Source of the DNA: Octopus bimaculoides
Lineage: Eukaryota
Reading direction: 5' to 3'
NCBI RefSeq assembly: GCF_001194135.2
Contig: NC_068985.1
Span: 28,776,444-28,816,017, forward strand
Length of the DNA stretch: 39,574 nucleotides
Shown here: positions 1 through 12,339 of the stretch, one piece after another
Layout of the letters: each line of letters opens with the position of its first letter
How positions within the stretch are numbered: position 1 is the first letter of the stretch
Made by a program: the position numbers and the translations under genes
The notes under the pieces: model-generated
Database searches by the model: none
What the model was told of the DNA's origin: nothing
The model's input: only the letters and a program-made list of their open reading frames with translations

Positions 1-1
1 T

Positions 2-243
2 CTTCTTGTTACTTAGTAGTGTTGATTGTTTACTAATTTCGTTGAGAATCGATAAATATTTTCTCTTTTTTTTAATTTTGTTCTGGATGTTATTTATCCA
101 CAAGGTCTGTTTGGGTGGTAGAACTCCTGTTCGGATGGGTTTGAGTGAGTATCCTGCTTCTTTTGTGGCTGCAGTGGCTGCCGCATATATCATGTCATTT
201 AGCTCAGTGACATTGCCTGTTGTTTCTGTGGTTGTTAGTTCCG

Positions 244-244
<1 letters not shown>
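2..244 (-). mobile_element. R4/Dong-like non-LTR retrotransposon fragment, running out of the window
   Basis: Open minus-strand frame SELTTTETTGNVTELNDMIYAAATAATKEAGYSLKPIRTGVLPPKQTLWINNIQNKIKKKRKYLSILNEISK resembles the pre-RT region of R4-clade elements (N.L.YAAA...P.W..RL..KI...R..LS.L); directly abuts (TAA)n. Family call is from motif recall, not a search. Confidence 0.65.

Positions 245-308
<64 letters not shown>
244..308. repeat. (ATT)n microsatellite
   Basis: About 21 uninterrupted ATT units; explains the poly-Y ORF 6..320. Confidence 0.98.
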
Positions 309-365
309 GCTCTGAAATAATCAGAAGTTAATCTGCTTCTATTGCTTTCATTTTTTTTATTGCAG

Positions 366-492
366 CAAACAATACAGTACAACAGTTTACTATTTATTAA
401 AGAAGTGAGTCCCCGACATAATGGAAACTACACTTGCTACGCTAATAACTCGGTTGGCTACGATAGCTATACGGCCAGTCTTGTGGTTTATG
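366..492 (+). CDS. Dscam: Dscam exon, C-terminal half of Ig7 (phase 0 to 1)
   Basis: ttgcag acceptor, gtaagg donor; encodes QTIQYNSLLFIKEVSPRHNGNYTCYANNSVGYDSYTASLVVY with the Ig G-x-Y-x-C motif. Domain numbering inferred from the downstream Dscam architecture. Confidence 0.93.
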
Positions 493-983
493 GTAAGGGC
501 AAATTCTTGAATTTAATTATGAAATACACCGTAAATGTTGCTACAGCATCGCTGAGGTTTTCGAGACTATTGCCACCATTTTTAATGGCATTTCGCAGAC
601 AACAGAATAATCTCCCGTCATAGGACTTATCTATTAAAGGCAAGTTTTCCATATGACGATGGTGTGGTTCTCCTAACCAACAATTAGTTGAATTGAACTA
701 ATTATAATAGTATGCATTTTGCAATTATGTGACTAATCACCGGATGGGAAATCGAACTTATGCTTTACGAGTTGCTTCCCTAATGCCATATCACTGTACT
801 CTTTAAAAGAAAACTGAAAATACATGTGATATTGTATATTGTTGTATTAACACCAATTATTATTACTTAAGTGAAATATCAAATCTTAAATTATTTATTG
901 CTGTTTCTTTGTTATATGTTTCTTGAAATTATTTTAAAATTCTTGTATATTGTAACTTAAGAACTATATTGGTTTTTATATAG

Positions 984-1103
984 TTCCACCTCGATGGATC
1001 GTAGAACCTAAAGATTCATTTGCTGTTCTTGGAAAATCAGTTCAGCTTCATTGTAAGACAACGGGAACCCCGACTCCGTCCGTTATTTGGCAGAAAGCAA
1101 AAG
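984..1103 (+). CDS. Dscam: Dscam exon, N-terminal half of Ig8 (phase 1 to 1, GC donor)
   Basis: tttttatatag acceptor; (V)PPRWIVEPKDSFAVLGKSVQLHCKTTGTPTPSVIWQKAK, matching the Dscam Ig8 start VPPRWI.EP.D; donor AAG|GCAAGT is the only nearby site that keeps frame with exon 9331. Confidence 0.92.
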
Positions 1104-2479
1104 GCAAGTCATCTTGTTTCCATACTTTTCGTTTTAACTTTCCATATTAAAATTTGAGAAAATTTACATTAAAAAAAGCCTTAATTTGTTATTAACTTAC
1201 TGAGAAACTACATTATGTATAACGTTTAAGAAAATAGCTGTTGTACATAAACGATGGTTTCTTTCCTAAAAAGAAACGCTACACTATAGTTATGTACTTA
1301 ACAATTTTCAGTAATGATTCTTTTCTATCTAGAAACACGTTTTTCTGGATGTTTCAAACTTAGAAACACTTTCTTTGTACAAAGGACAAAATATGGACTT
1401 CATGAGTTTGAGTTCCGTTTCAACTCATGACTGATTGAAGAATACAACGGGAAAATGTTCGCAGTGAACATGTTTATTGATAAGATGGATAAATATAAAG
1501 AAACTAGTTAAGTTGCTAATCTTGTTCAAAATATCTTCGTTTCCTAAATAACTCAACTATGAATAAATATTCTCTCTTTAAATGCATACGCTGAAAAAAT
1601 AATTAATGAAACTGAGCTTTTTAAACACAAATACACACACTTAGGCACTCATGATATATACACCAGTACAACTTAACATATACATATGTAGAATTACAAG
1701 AGAAAAAAATAAAGGATGCCCAAAATAACTTCTGTAGAAATAAATTGATAAATTCCTATAATCTTTCTATTTAAGATTTCCCTTGGCACTTAAACCGTTT
1801 TATAAGACTCTCGTTAAAATACAAAGGACACATTTCCTTTTCTACCTGAAATCTTTGGAATCTAAAATAACCGATAAATTCGTATTTCTTCTTTGAAATA
1901 AAACATCCAATCCTTAGACTAAACTTGCATAAACGTTAATGGTGTTTCTGGTCGTTTAATACGAGATTTCCGCCAACTTAGCAGAAACGATTTAGATAAT
2001 ATGTATAATGCATAAAACACACTTTTTATATTCCACTTATACTGCATAACAAGATCAGACTGAATTTTAACACCAGTCGTTACTTAGCCATCATCTTCTA
2101 TTTAATAATCTCCAACTAACATAGTTGTAAATGTTTAACAGTTAAAACGTACATATAAGAGACTTAGCTATCAAACTAAATGGAACTCGTAATACACAGA
2201 GTTAACTTCACCAGTAACAGCGAGCAATACTATTATGCAGATCACTCGAATTTGTTCGAGATGGCACACTTCCAAAGAATTCCAAGGAATTTCTATAGAA
2301 AAGTAGATGAGGTTTAAGGTATATTCAGTTTGTCCTTATATATTCTTATAATAGAAATGTTTTTCATGAATTATTTTACGTTCAAAAATGCTTCGCTTCT
2401 TATTTTACTTTGTTCCTGATGTCTTAGGCTTTCTATCTTACTTTTTGTATGTATACGTTTGTAGTTTGTACTTGTTTGA

Positions 2480-2640
2480 GTCATTGGGTGGCGACCTTGC
2501 TGTGGCACTACCTTGAAGGCTCCAGTCGCACAGAGCGCCCGAAGTACTTATTTGGAAGTATACTACATATTTTATCGTACTCTTTTGCCGAACGGCTAAG
2601 TTGCGGAGACGTAAAATATATAACACTAGTTGTCAACTTG
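2480..2640 (-). mobile_element. SINE family B fragment (3' part)
   Basis: tcttttgccgaacggctaagttgcggagacgtaaa...ttgtcaa matches the corresponding segment of the copy at 30620-30995. Confidence 0.6.
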
Positions 2641-2653
2641 CTATAAAACATTG

Positions 2654-3541
2654 CATCAACTTGCTATAAAAGCGGGTAGTAATTTTAACTTGATTATTCT
2701 TAGTGCAAGTTTTGAAGAGAACAGTTCGATTTTAACAGTTATTTTTTCAAAGCTATAATGGAGGTGACAAAGGAGCATATTCGGCATGTTTTGCTTTATG
2801 CGTTCAATAATGGCAACAAAGTAAAGTACGAGGAATATAAATGCAGTATATGGGGATCGAACTATAACCGTAAGCCAGTGTCGACGGTGGTTCCAGAAAT
2901 TCCGAGCCGGAAACTACAGCCTAGAAGACGAGCCTTGTCCTGGAAGATCTCTAGAGATCGATGAGGGTGTCCTGCAAGCCCTATTGGAAAACAAATCCCA
3001 TCGTAGATGTTGAGGAACTAGTAGAGAAGTTTGAAGGTTTAGTCCACTTTGAACTTTTCAACCCAAACCAAACGATAACAAAGGGACCTACTGCGAGCAG
3101 CTGGAGCATCTTACGTCAGTGCTAGAAGAAAAACGACCATCTTTGGTTTCAAAACGAAATGTGTTCTTCCATCAGGATAATACTCGGCCACATAGAGCGA
3201 GGATGACATTCCAAAAGCTGGAACAGCTTGAATGAAAAACGATGCCCCACCGACCATATTCGCAGGACATTGTCCCATCTAATTGTTTATTCCGCAGTCT
3301 TCAAAATCATTTGGACGGAAAGAAGTATGAATTCTGTAGACGAAGTCAAAAGAGTACTGGAGGAGTATTTTTCGTCACGGACAAGTGAATTTTGGAAAAG
3401 GGGCCTTGCAAGTCTACCAGACAGATGGAAGAGCATTGTAGAAAATGAAGGAGAGTATATTTTAGATTAAAAAAGAACTTTGTTTATCTTAATTTTGGAA
3501 AATATAAGTATAAAAACCGCATTATTTATGGGATGACCCAA
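2654..3541 (+). mobile_element. Decayed mariner transposon, internally deleted and missing its 5' TIR
   Basis: MEVTKEHIRHVLLY HTH start at 2758; HQDNTRPH near 3170; frameshifted PPYSPDIVPS; C-terminal FWKRGLASLPDRWKSIVENEGEYILD*; right end ...ttatttatgggatgacccaa followed by TA. Confidence 0.9.
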
Positions 3542-4772
3542 TACTTTGACTTGCAATGACATGTTTCTGGAATCGCCCCTACTCTGTGGTATCTTCGGCA
3601 AATGTTCTCTACTATAGCGTCCGGAGGCTCAATGTCACAATGAATTTGACAGATATGCCTTTACTCTCTACCACGATCACCATTCTTCTTGCTCTATATC
3701 TCACAGGATTATTGCGTACAGAAATACGTACATACATATAAACACACACACACAATCACATATATGCATACATATATGTGTATGGAGAGAGAGGGGCAAT
3801 TATGCAGATAAATTAAATAACAGCTTGAGCTTGATATACAAAACATATATATATGTATATACGTAGACAGAATGAGTGAAGATTTCCAGATGATGAATAT
3901 TTAAGTATAAATTTATAGATATTTATACATTTAATAACTCAAACTTACAGAGTACAAACGACAGAGAAGTGTAAAGGGGACGAGGTAAGGTGTTACAAGT
4001 CCAACAGCTGTTTCTGGGAACTCGGAGATCTAGCATACTGTTAGTAGAGGTAGTTCACCCAAATATGTAGCCCGTAATGGGAACAAATAAACATTGGATA
4101 AATTGAGCCTCCGTCATCAAGGTAGAAAAACTCTTATGTTTCAGATTATGATGCAGAAAAGTTTACGCACGCACACATAAATATGTGTGTGAGTATGTAT
4201 GTATGTATGTATGTATGTCGCTTTGGGATGGTTTTGAATTACTGCACACTAATATATGCCACAATGAATTACAATTTTCAAATAATATATGTGGATTAAA
4301 ATTTTACGAAAGTGTTTTAAAATACGACGTGAACAAATATTGAGTGTGAGAGTGTGAATGATTAAACGATTTGATGGAGAAAAAAAATACTCGAAATATT
4401 AGAATGAAATGTAGGATGAAACACAGAACAAATGTGGTGGAGAAAAAAATGTAAAGGAAAGACTGTGATAGAGAGAAAGACGGATAAAGAGATGCAATAA
4501 CAATTACATACACACCAAAGAAAACAGAAATGTAGTGGAAAATACATCGTAAGGTAAATAATGTATATTTATTTTCATAATTTTTTTTCCTCAACTCAGC
4601 AAATATATTCATCAATATTTCAATACCAAATGAAAGATATATTGACACACACGCGCGTGCATACATATAAAAAGATAAATACATACATAATGACAAACAC
4701 ATATACAAATAAAAAATATACATACATATATATGTGTATTTATATGTATATACGTGGTTGTGAATGTATATG

Positions 4773-4825
<53 letters not shown>

Positions 4826-5385
4826 NNNNNNNNNNNNNNNNNNNNNNNNNNNNNNNNNNNNNNNNNNNNNNNNNNNNNNNNNNNNNNNNNNNNNNNNNNN
4901 NNNNNNNNNNNNNNNNNNNNNNNNNNNNNNNNNNNNNNNNNNNNNNNNNNNNNNNNNNNNNNNNNNNNNNNNNNNNNNNNNNNNNNNNNNNNNNNNNNNN
5001 NNNNNNNNNNNNNNNNNNNNNNNNNNNNNNNNNNNNNNNNNNNNNNNNNNNNNNNNNNNNNNNNNNNNNNNNNNNNNNNNNNNNNNNNNNNNNNNNNNNN
5101 NNNNNNNNNNNNNNNNNNNNNNNNNNNNNNNNNNNNNNNNNNNNNNNNNNNNNNNNNNNNNNNNNNNNNNNNNNNNNNNNNNNNNNNNNNNNNNNNNNNN
5201 NNNNNNNNNNNNNNNNNNNNNNNNNNNNNNNNNNNNNNNNNNNNNNNNNNNNNNNNNNNNNNNNNNNNNNNNNNNNNNNNNNNNNNNNNNNNNNNNNNNN
5301 NNNNNNNNNNNNNNNNNNNNNNNNNNNNNNNNNNNNNNNNNNNNNNNNNNNNNNNNNNNNNNNNNNNNNNNNNNNNNNNNNNNNN

Positions 5386-5860
5386 GCTACAACAAATATT
5401 CTGCTCAATACCACAGATTTGCTTGTCAGTTGCTTGACCTTAACCAGTTGAACATGTCTCTTGGTGGCTGACGATATGTGCATCTCTGATCACGAGCAGA
5501 AGTAGTGGGGGAGCATCATAGCCGTGTGTTGAGAAGAATTCTTTGGGGTTTGAATAATTCACCTCTGGAAACATGGGTGCTTTGCTCAACATCCTTAAAC
5601 AAACCTTATTCAAGGACCTTTTGAGAGGGATGGGCTACTTGACCTGAAGAAAATTCTAACTGGGCCCCACCTGCGAGGTCATGCGCTGTTTATCTTGATA
5701 TGAGATCACCGTGTCGCTCACATTTGGTTGTGATGCATGTGTCTGGTGTACCCTTATTAGACGGGTAGTTATGATGGGTATTTTGGGCTTCGAATATTTT
5801 ACCCCAGTGTCACTTTAATGGTATGCACTGCTCTCTCACTCAATAATAATAATAATAATA
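5386..5860 (+). mobile_element. Retroposon-like 3' fragment ending in an (AAT)n tail
   Basis: GC-richer non-coding block starting at a gap edge and ending abruptly in caataataataataat. Family not determined. Confidence 0.45.
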
Positions 5861-8503
5861 CAAGCAGAATAAATATAGTCTACCACATTGTAAATGATTG
5901 GCGCAAATTCCCTTCCCGCATTAGTGTTTTAATGTTTCAGGAAAGAAGCGAAGTCTTTAGTGGAAAAATAAGGCATTGAAATGCGCCAGAAAATCTGAGC
6001 GCTTGATTCGATTTAAAATAACATGGAAATGCGACGGTTGTTTTGAAGGAAATTTATATGCTTGTTATTGGACAATATCTACTGGGACTGCTAAAATTGA
6101 CAAAGAATCTATTAACTGTGTAAAACCGATACGTAGAAATATATTTCCAGTGTTTCTCGTTAATGTAAGCGCGTAAAAACTAAACCGGAAGTAAGGTGTG
6201 GTTTGGTTTTCTACTACAACCAATAGAACCAGTTGTAATAAAATACATTCATATTGTAATCGCTAGTAAAAATAGATATGAAAATGAAAAAAAAAAATAT
6301 TATAATCAAAATTTATAAAGGGACTTTTTGGTTAAGACCTTGCTTTTGATGATCGTACTACCATCAGTATCCCAAACAGTTTTCTTCTATCCCTTTTATT
6401 TCTTTTTTCTTGGTTCTATAAATTCGATCATTCCCAAACTTCTTTATTTGCTTCTCTTCACCTACTCTACGTGTTCAATTTTGTTCTTTTTCTTTGCGTT
6501 TTTTCGAAATACTTGCTCCTTTCAACTTTCAGACTCCCAATCATTGTTTCCCACTATAATATCTCGTTTGCATCTTAATTTATTAATAAAAAAAACAACA
6601 CTAATGAATACAATGTAGTTAACAAATAGGGACGTGCCAGCAAAAATCATTTAGTAAGTATGAACGATTTCTAGCCGTAGTGTGACATAATGTATTGAAG
6701 TTTCGATAACAGCTAAGAAGGGCAGAAGGGTGGTGGTGGTGGTGGTGGTGGCAGCAGTAGTAGTTGCTTTCACAAAGCAGTTGTATTTAATACCCAATAT
6801 TGAAATAATTTATGCTGTGCTTGATTAATAAAACAAAATTGTTAATATCATTCTCATTTTAATTTCAAAAGAATCTCCTGTTTTATGAATGCAACAAATA
6901 GTTTGCAAATATTATCAAAATCATAAATTTAATGATTTGGCCTAATTTAAAAGAACGCAGAACTATAATTCTGTGACAGTTTATATAAAAAGACATGACA
7001 ATTGTCAGATGATATTGAGCAAGTCTTAGGTAAAAGAAAACAGTAAAAATGTAAAAAAGTCAATGCTTCCCTTCAGATTTTTTGTTTTTTTCTCAAATGC
7101 AAATATAAAGGCCTCAAAAACAATAGAAAATAGGTCGTTTGATAAAAGGGTCTCCGGCTAAAAGTTTAAACAGACACAAATTGGTACACTGAATAACAAA
7201 ACTGATTGAAGCTGGAAACATTAATTTAATAATATAAACAATATTTATATTTTTTTAAATCATCAATATAAGTCAAGATTGTTTTAATGTTGAGTGTCAT
7301 AAGGAAATATTGTCTATTTACCAGCTCTAGATGAGGTATGTCAGAAAGAGGAGTGCTTAGAAGAAAATCGATATACTTTGGTTTTGCAAATAACAGGAAG
7401 GGTTTCCATAAGTCTTCAAGAGAGTTGTCAGAGTAAGCCCTATGTGATGTAAAGCAAGCTTAATACGTCCTTGGTTGGACAGAATATATCGAAATATATA
7501 GAAATGTATGTCAGTTATTTAAAAGTGAGTATGAGGCAAAAATGTCAAATTACTGGCTGCAGAAAGGCAGTATATGAGTAAGAAGATAATTACGAAGGAG
7601 AGAGCAGATACTGGAGATATTGTAGCTGATTTGGATCCTTAGTATCTTTTCTGCTTTGTGGTACATTGAGGACAGAGGCTAAACGCACACTTGGCTTCCA
7701 ATTACATGTGGTTGACTTGGATATGTCGGTCACATTGATTCTGAAGAAAAACCTATCTCGGAAAAAAACCCAAATGACGGGTAGGGAAAAAAGTTTAGTG
7801 TCAGTGTTGCTGCAGGTCCCATATTAGCCCCGAATGACGAAACCTCTGATTAAACATATTCTATCTATAGTCATTTAATTTTTTTATTATGCGGAGGTAA
7901 ACCAGGATCTGATTATTGAATATGTTTTCTAATTTAATAGAGGTAATTTGAAGTACATCTGGTTGTTATTTTTAATACGTCGTGTGACTACATAAAGGGC
8001 TTCACATTGCCCAGTAGAAAGGAAGTCAATAGAGCCAGACGAAAGACTAGTAGGATCCTAGAAATCTCTCAGTACATTAATTTCATGCTTCTCCAAACGA
8101 AAAACGATAGCTTACTGTGTCTAGGTGGAGAGGAACTGCGTTGATAGCATAGGATAGAGGAGACGAAGACAACAGACCTCGAGATGATAAATTGTCGGTA
8201 AATACCACACCAAGAATCTATTAATGACTGGTTGAGTTTTCCCCAGAATACGTAAGAGACTTCACGGTTTGATGACAACCGAAGATGTTCGTGAATGAAT
8301 ACATAAAACCCAGTTTTATGTACTAGAAACGGGAAGTAGATATTTGGTCTTTCTGGGGTGCTGGTGTCCAAACTTTTTTTTTTCTTGTATTGGATTTTGA
8401 CTCAATGTTTATTTTCCATGTACATGTCCACTTGTACATTTAACCCTTCTGTATAACAGGCTTTGTATACGTTAGGTCTTTATGGCCAATAAATAATGAG
8501 TGG

Positions 8504-8547
<44 letters not shown>

Positions 8548-9330
8548 GTGGTGGTGATGGATGCGTCTATCTACATTAAATTCATTATTAGACACTTTAA
8601 ATAAGCTATTTGGCAAGTTGCCGCTCATTTAAGTACATATCAATCCCATAATTGTTTGAATAAACAAAGATTGGCAAGTTCAGGTTCTGAGGTTTATTAC
8701 GATGATAAATGACATTTAAACAGACAGACGTTTTGAACTCTCGAGATAGTTACCCTCTCATACACTACGAACACGCAGTCAGTCGGCATCATATACTGTT
8801 GCAGCGAGCACAATATTTAGAGGTCTGTTGCACCATTAGCGTAGACAATTAATACGTACATAACTCAATAGAAACACCAGCGGAAACAACTTCTAATTAA
8901 GAACGATTTCGTTAGCTTGCAGCACTGAATTTACGCTTTCGAATAAGTCTTTGATATTCAACCATGACGAATCAACGCACAGTAAATTATTCTTCTTTAT
9001 TGTTAGTTTTATTTACCTTTTTCTCATATTTCTGCTGAGGTAGAAAAAGATCAGATATATCAACACAGATATATCGACACTACCCTTTCATAAAATATAT
9101 GACCCTCTACCTAAATAATAATGACTCAATATTTAATTACATGCTACGACGTTCAGTCCTGTTTATGTTGACTTCGCTATTAAAAACATTTCAGGCTTCA
9201 TCAAGAATGTTTTATATCATATAATGAAGTCGATTCAATTCTCAATCCCTATATTGTACAGGTGTGGCTTTGCCAATGTACGAGATCAATGTTTATAAAA
9301 GTTGTTAATTTTGATTCTTTTCTTTTTCAG

Positions 9331-9534
9331 GAAACATTCTCGGAAACTATGTTGACATGAATTATACTCAAAGTACATCATCTTCACAAACGGGTGACGC
9401 ACGAATGCAACTATTAGAAAATGGAACTCTGTTGATTAATTCAGCTGAGGAAACGGATCATGGCTATTATCTTTGTCGTGCTAGTAATGGCATTGGTTAT
9501 CCTTTAAGTAGGGTTGCTCAATTAACAGTTCACA
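9331..9534 (+). CDS. Dscam: Dscam exon, C-terminal half of Ig8 (phase 1 to 1)
   Basis: tctttttcag acceptor, gtaagt donor; (G)NILGNYVDMNYTQSTSSSQTGDARMQLLENGTLLINSAEETDHGYYLCRASNGIGYPLSRVAQLTVH. Confidence 0.95.
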
Positions 9535-10380
9535 GTAAGTTGAGAAACAGTTTTTAGCGACAATTATTCTAAGTCGGTCAAATGAATAATGCAATACAAT
9601 TTTATAATATTACATTGTTTTTTATTGTTGACTAAGAGATATGTTTATCCCTTTACCAATTGCATCAGAGATATCAACGAGATATAATATGATGTGAAAT
9701 CCGATTACAATCTTGGCATTGAAAATGCCCCAAGATCATACCTTCCAGAAAATGTGGAAAAAGAAAATTGTGATTTTTAGGAGTAGGGTCAGATACTTAA
9801 AAGACGTGACCCACGTAAGTAGAGTGAATTGACTTTGACTAGTGACCTAAACTGATATTTCAGCTTTTTTTACCGTTATGCATCCGGTCTACAGTGCAAA
9901 CAAAACATGGCAAGTAGTAATGGCTTCTGATATTACGTTCTGCACTCCTTGGATATAACAATACTGATGATAATCAGAAGTCTTTTTAATTAAGCAACGG
10001 AAAGCGAGTGCTAGCGCACCGGATAACCAAATTCCTTACCTTCTTTTTCTTATGGCTCCTTTGAACTACCTTTCATTCGACTCTACCTTTCATTTTTTCC
10101 GGGATCTACAAAAAGTTCTAGCCAAGTAGAGGGTCCACTTGACTATAACTGAATAAATATGTATTCTCTTGTTTCCCTTGTTACAACTTACTATAGAAAT
10201 AAAGCATAGGAGTAAGGGAGTCAGTAGAGCGCCGGACTAAATTCTTTATCCTATTTAGTTGCATTCCATTACGTTATGAGTTCAATTTCAACAAGGCTCA
10301 ATATGTATGTGTCAATTTAATTTATTTTTAGATTTTCTTAGAATTGTGCCAACATGCAATCATTATTAATAAACAGGAAA

Positions 10381-10578
10381 GGGTGACCAACTGGCAGAAT
10401 TGTTAGAACGTCTTACAAAATGTTTAGCAGCTTTTCATCCGTCTTTACTTTCTGAGTTCAAATGCCACCAGGTCGACTTTGCATGTCATCGTTTCTGTGT
10501 CAATGAAATTGGTACCATTCGAGAATTTGGGTCGATGTAATCATATCGACTACCCACTTCCTCAAAATTTCAGGATTG
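10381..10578 (+). mobile_element. tRNA-derived SINE family A with 14-bp target-site duplication
   Basis: A-box-like tggcagaattgtt and B-box-like gagttcaaatgcc; flanked by ttaataaacaggaa at 10366-10379 and 10579-10592. Confidence 0.85.
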
Positions 10579-11064
10579 TTAATAAACAGGAATGCTCCGG
10601 ATATTTATATCCTCAGGTCAAATCTCTGCCGTATCGACTTTGCTATTCATTTGTGAAGAATCCTCATTAAAAAAATCGAATGTATGAACCGGTTTCTAAC
10701 CCTTGACAGAATCAATTTTCTCCACTTTGGTTGCTAACCTGCTTAAGAAACTTGTGTCTATCAGGCACTTCTACTCCGAGCAATTAAACAATTATCTGAC
10801 AATGTCCAATAGAAGACTCGGTAGGAGCATTGCATAATTTAAGAGTGTTTGTTTAGTTGCGATTATTCGGTATTCTATAGAAATTCTAAATTCTGAAAGA
10901 AATAAATGAAAAATTCTGCAGATGCTTCTTTTACAAGAATTGCCAACAATTCAATGTTGATTACTGTTATTATAAACCTATTACTGAGGAATACCTGTTA
11001 ATTATTACCTTAAATACAAGACTAATCGATTCCTCTTTCTAAATCAATCTATTTTATTGACTAG

Positions 11065-11215
11065 TTCCTGCAAGGTATGAAGACGATGGTCAGAAAAATT
11101 ACACTGTTAAGAAATCAGAGAATAGCACCATGGAATGTAAAGCGAGTGGAGATGAACCGATTTTTGTGACATGGCGTTTTGGTTCTGATACTATAAATAG
11201 TCAAACCAATTCAAG
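11065..11215 (+). CDS. Dscam: Dscam exon, N-terminal half of Ig9 (phase 1 to 2)
   Basis: ttgactag acceptor, gttagt donor; (I)PARYEDDGQKNYTVKKSENSTMECKASGDEPIFVTWRFGSDTINSQTNS(R). Not in the ORF track. Confidence 0.93.
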
Positions 11216-11447
11216 GTTAGTATGTTACCTCATAATTCATAAAATTCAATAGAGTCTGGTCGATTCTGGTTATCAGATTAATTAAGTGGATGTTTTTATG
11301 ATCACATATACCCTGTCGCCAACCCTCACCTATTTCCAAACAATATATATTCTTCCCCGTCACTGGAAATGTTTTTACAGATAATATTAAACGGACAACA
11401 TCTTGTATGGCGGCGACGCTCGTTTGCAATTAGCTCTTGATGTCAAG

Positions 11448-11525
<78 letters not shown>

Positions 11526-12060
11526 CTGACATGAAAATAGCCGTAATGTATCTGTCTACATAAACCAATGCACCTCTCCTCTTTAGTGATGGCAGAATGT
11601 CATAGAAAAGAAATGCAGCTACTATGTCTAGAAGCGTCACTGTCGACGTGTGTTTATACATATTTCGTACCATTTGTAGCTTCTGCAGCCTTTACTCGTG
11701 TGACTCATAACAGAATACAAACTATTGAAAACCTTTGAGCTTACACTATGTGCCGGTTGAGCTACATGTTTTTAGAGGTGATTTATATAGTAAATAGCCT
11801 TGGAAAATCATGAACATTACATTATCACATTTTCCCTCTAAACGTAATTGACTCAGTATTTTGAAACCAGATTACAACCTTGATGCATTAGAAGTGTATT
11901 TTTATTTACTGCCACTCAACACTATATCGAATTAAAAATATTAATTAATGATGTATTTATTTACAGAATTATATTCACGTAAACTTTATTTCCTTTATCT
12001 TCTTGTCCTTCCGTATATTGTTTTACAGATTCTTTTATATTTGATCCATTGTTTCTTTAG

Positions 12061-12197
12061 ACTAAAAGTGGAGAATATTGGCACTATTTCACGCCTGCAC
12101 GTAACTGGAGCGGTTCGAGAAGACAGTGGCATCTATGTTTGTAATGCTGAAAACAAATATGGCTATGGAGAAACAACACGTCGCCTTATTGTCGTGG
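12061..12197 (+). CDS. Dscam: Dscam exon, C-terminal half of Ig9 (phase 2 to 1)
   Basis: tttctttag acceptor, gtgagt donor; LKVENIGTISRLHVTGAVREDSGIYVCNAENKYGYGETTRRLIVV. The upstream cag at 12026-12028 would give an immediate stop. Confidence 0.93.
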
Positions 12198-12339
12198 GTG
12201 AGTGCCTCGAACTATTCATTAAAATCAAGTATATAACAATACTTGGTCAAGCCAAGGTCTTGATTGACATGGCATGAGCAGTTTAAAATTGTTAATTGAT
12301 TGACTGATTAGGAGTAATAATCTTTTCTACTAAAGACAC

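Noticed and set aside
4561-5483. Long ORFs spanning N-runs (also at about 12.5-13.9, 27.7-28.3, 29.3-29.9, 31.6-32.7 and 33.6-34.3 kb)
   Set aside because: Composed of X residues and dinucleotide-repeat translations; only the FN3-1a and FN3-6a portions are real exons.
7370-7600. Possible decayed RTE-like reverse transcriptase remnants (also about 21360-21560)
   Set aside because: Only faint motif resemblance (FANNRKGFHKSSREL versus F.D.EKAFD.VPRE) with many stops; needs a translated search.
8440-8628. Poly-His ORF on the minus strand
   Set aside because: Translation of an (ATG/GTG)n microsatellite; no splice or homology support.
12029-12060. Alternative upstream acceptor (ttttacag at 12021-12028) for the Ig9b exon
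   Set aside because: 32 nt upstream, out of frame, with a stop after five codons.
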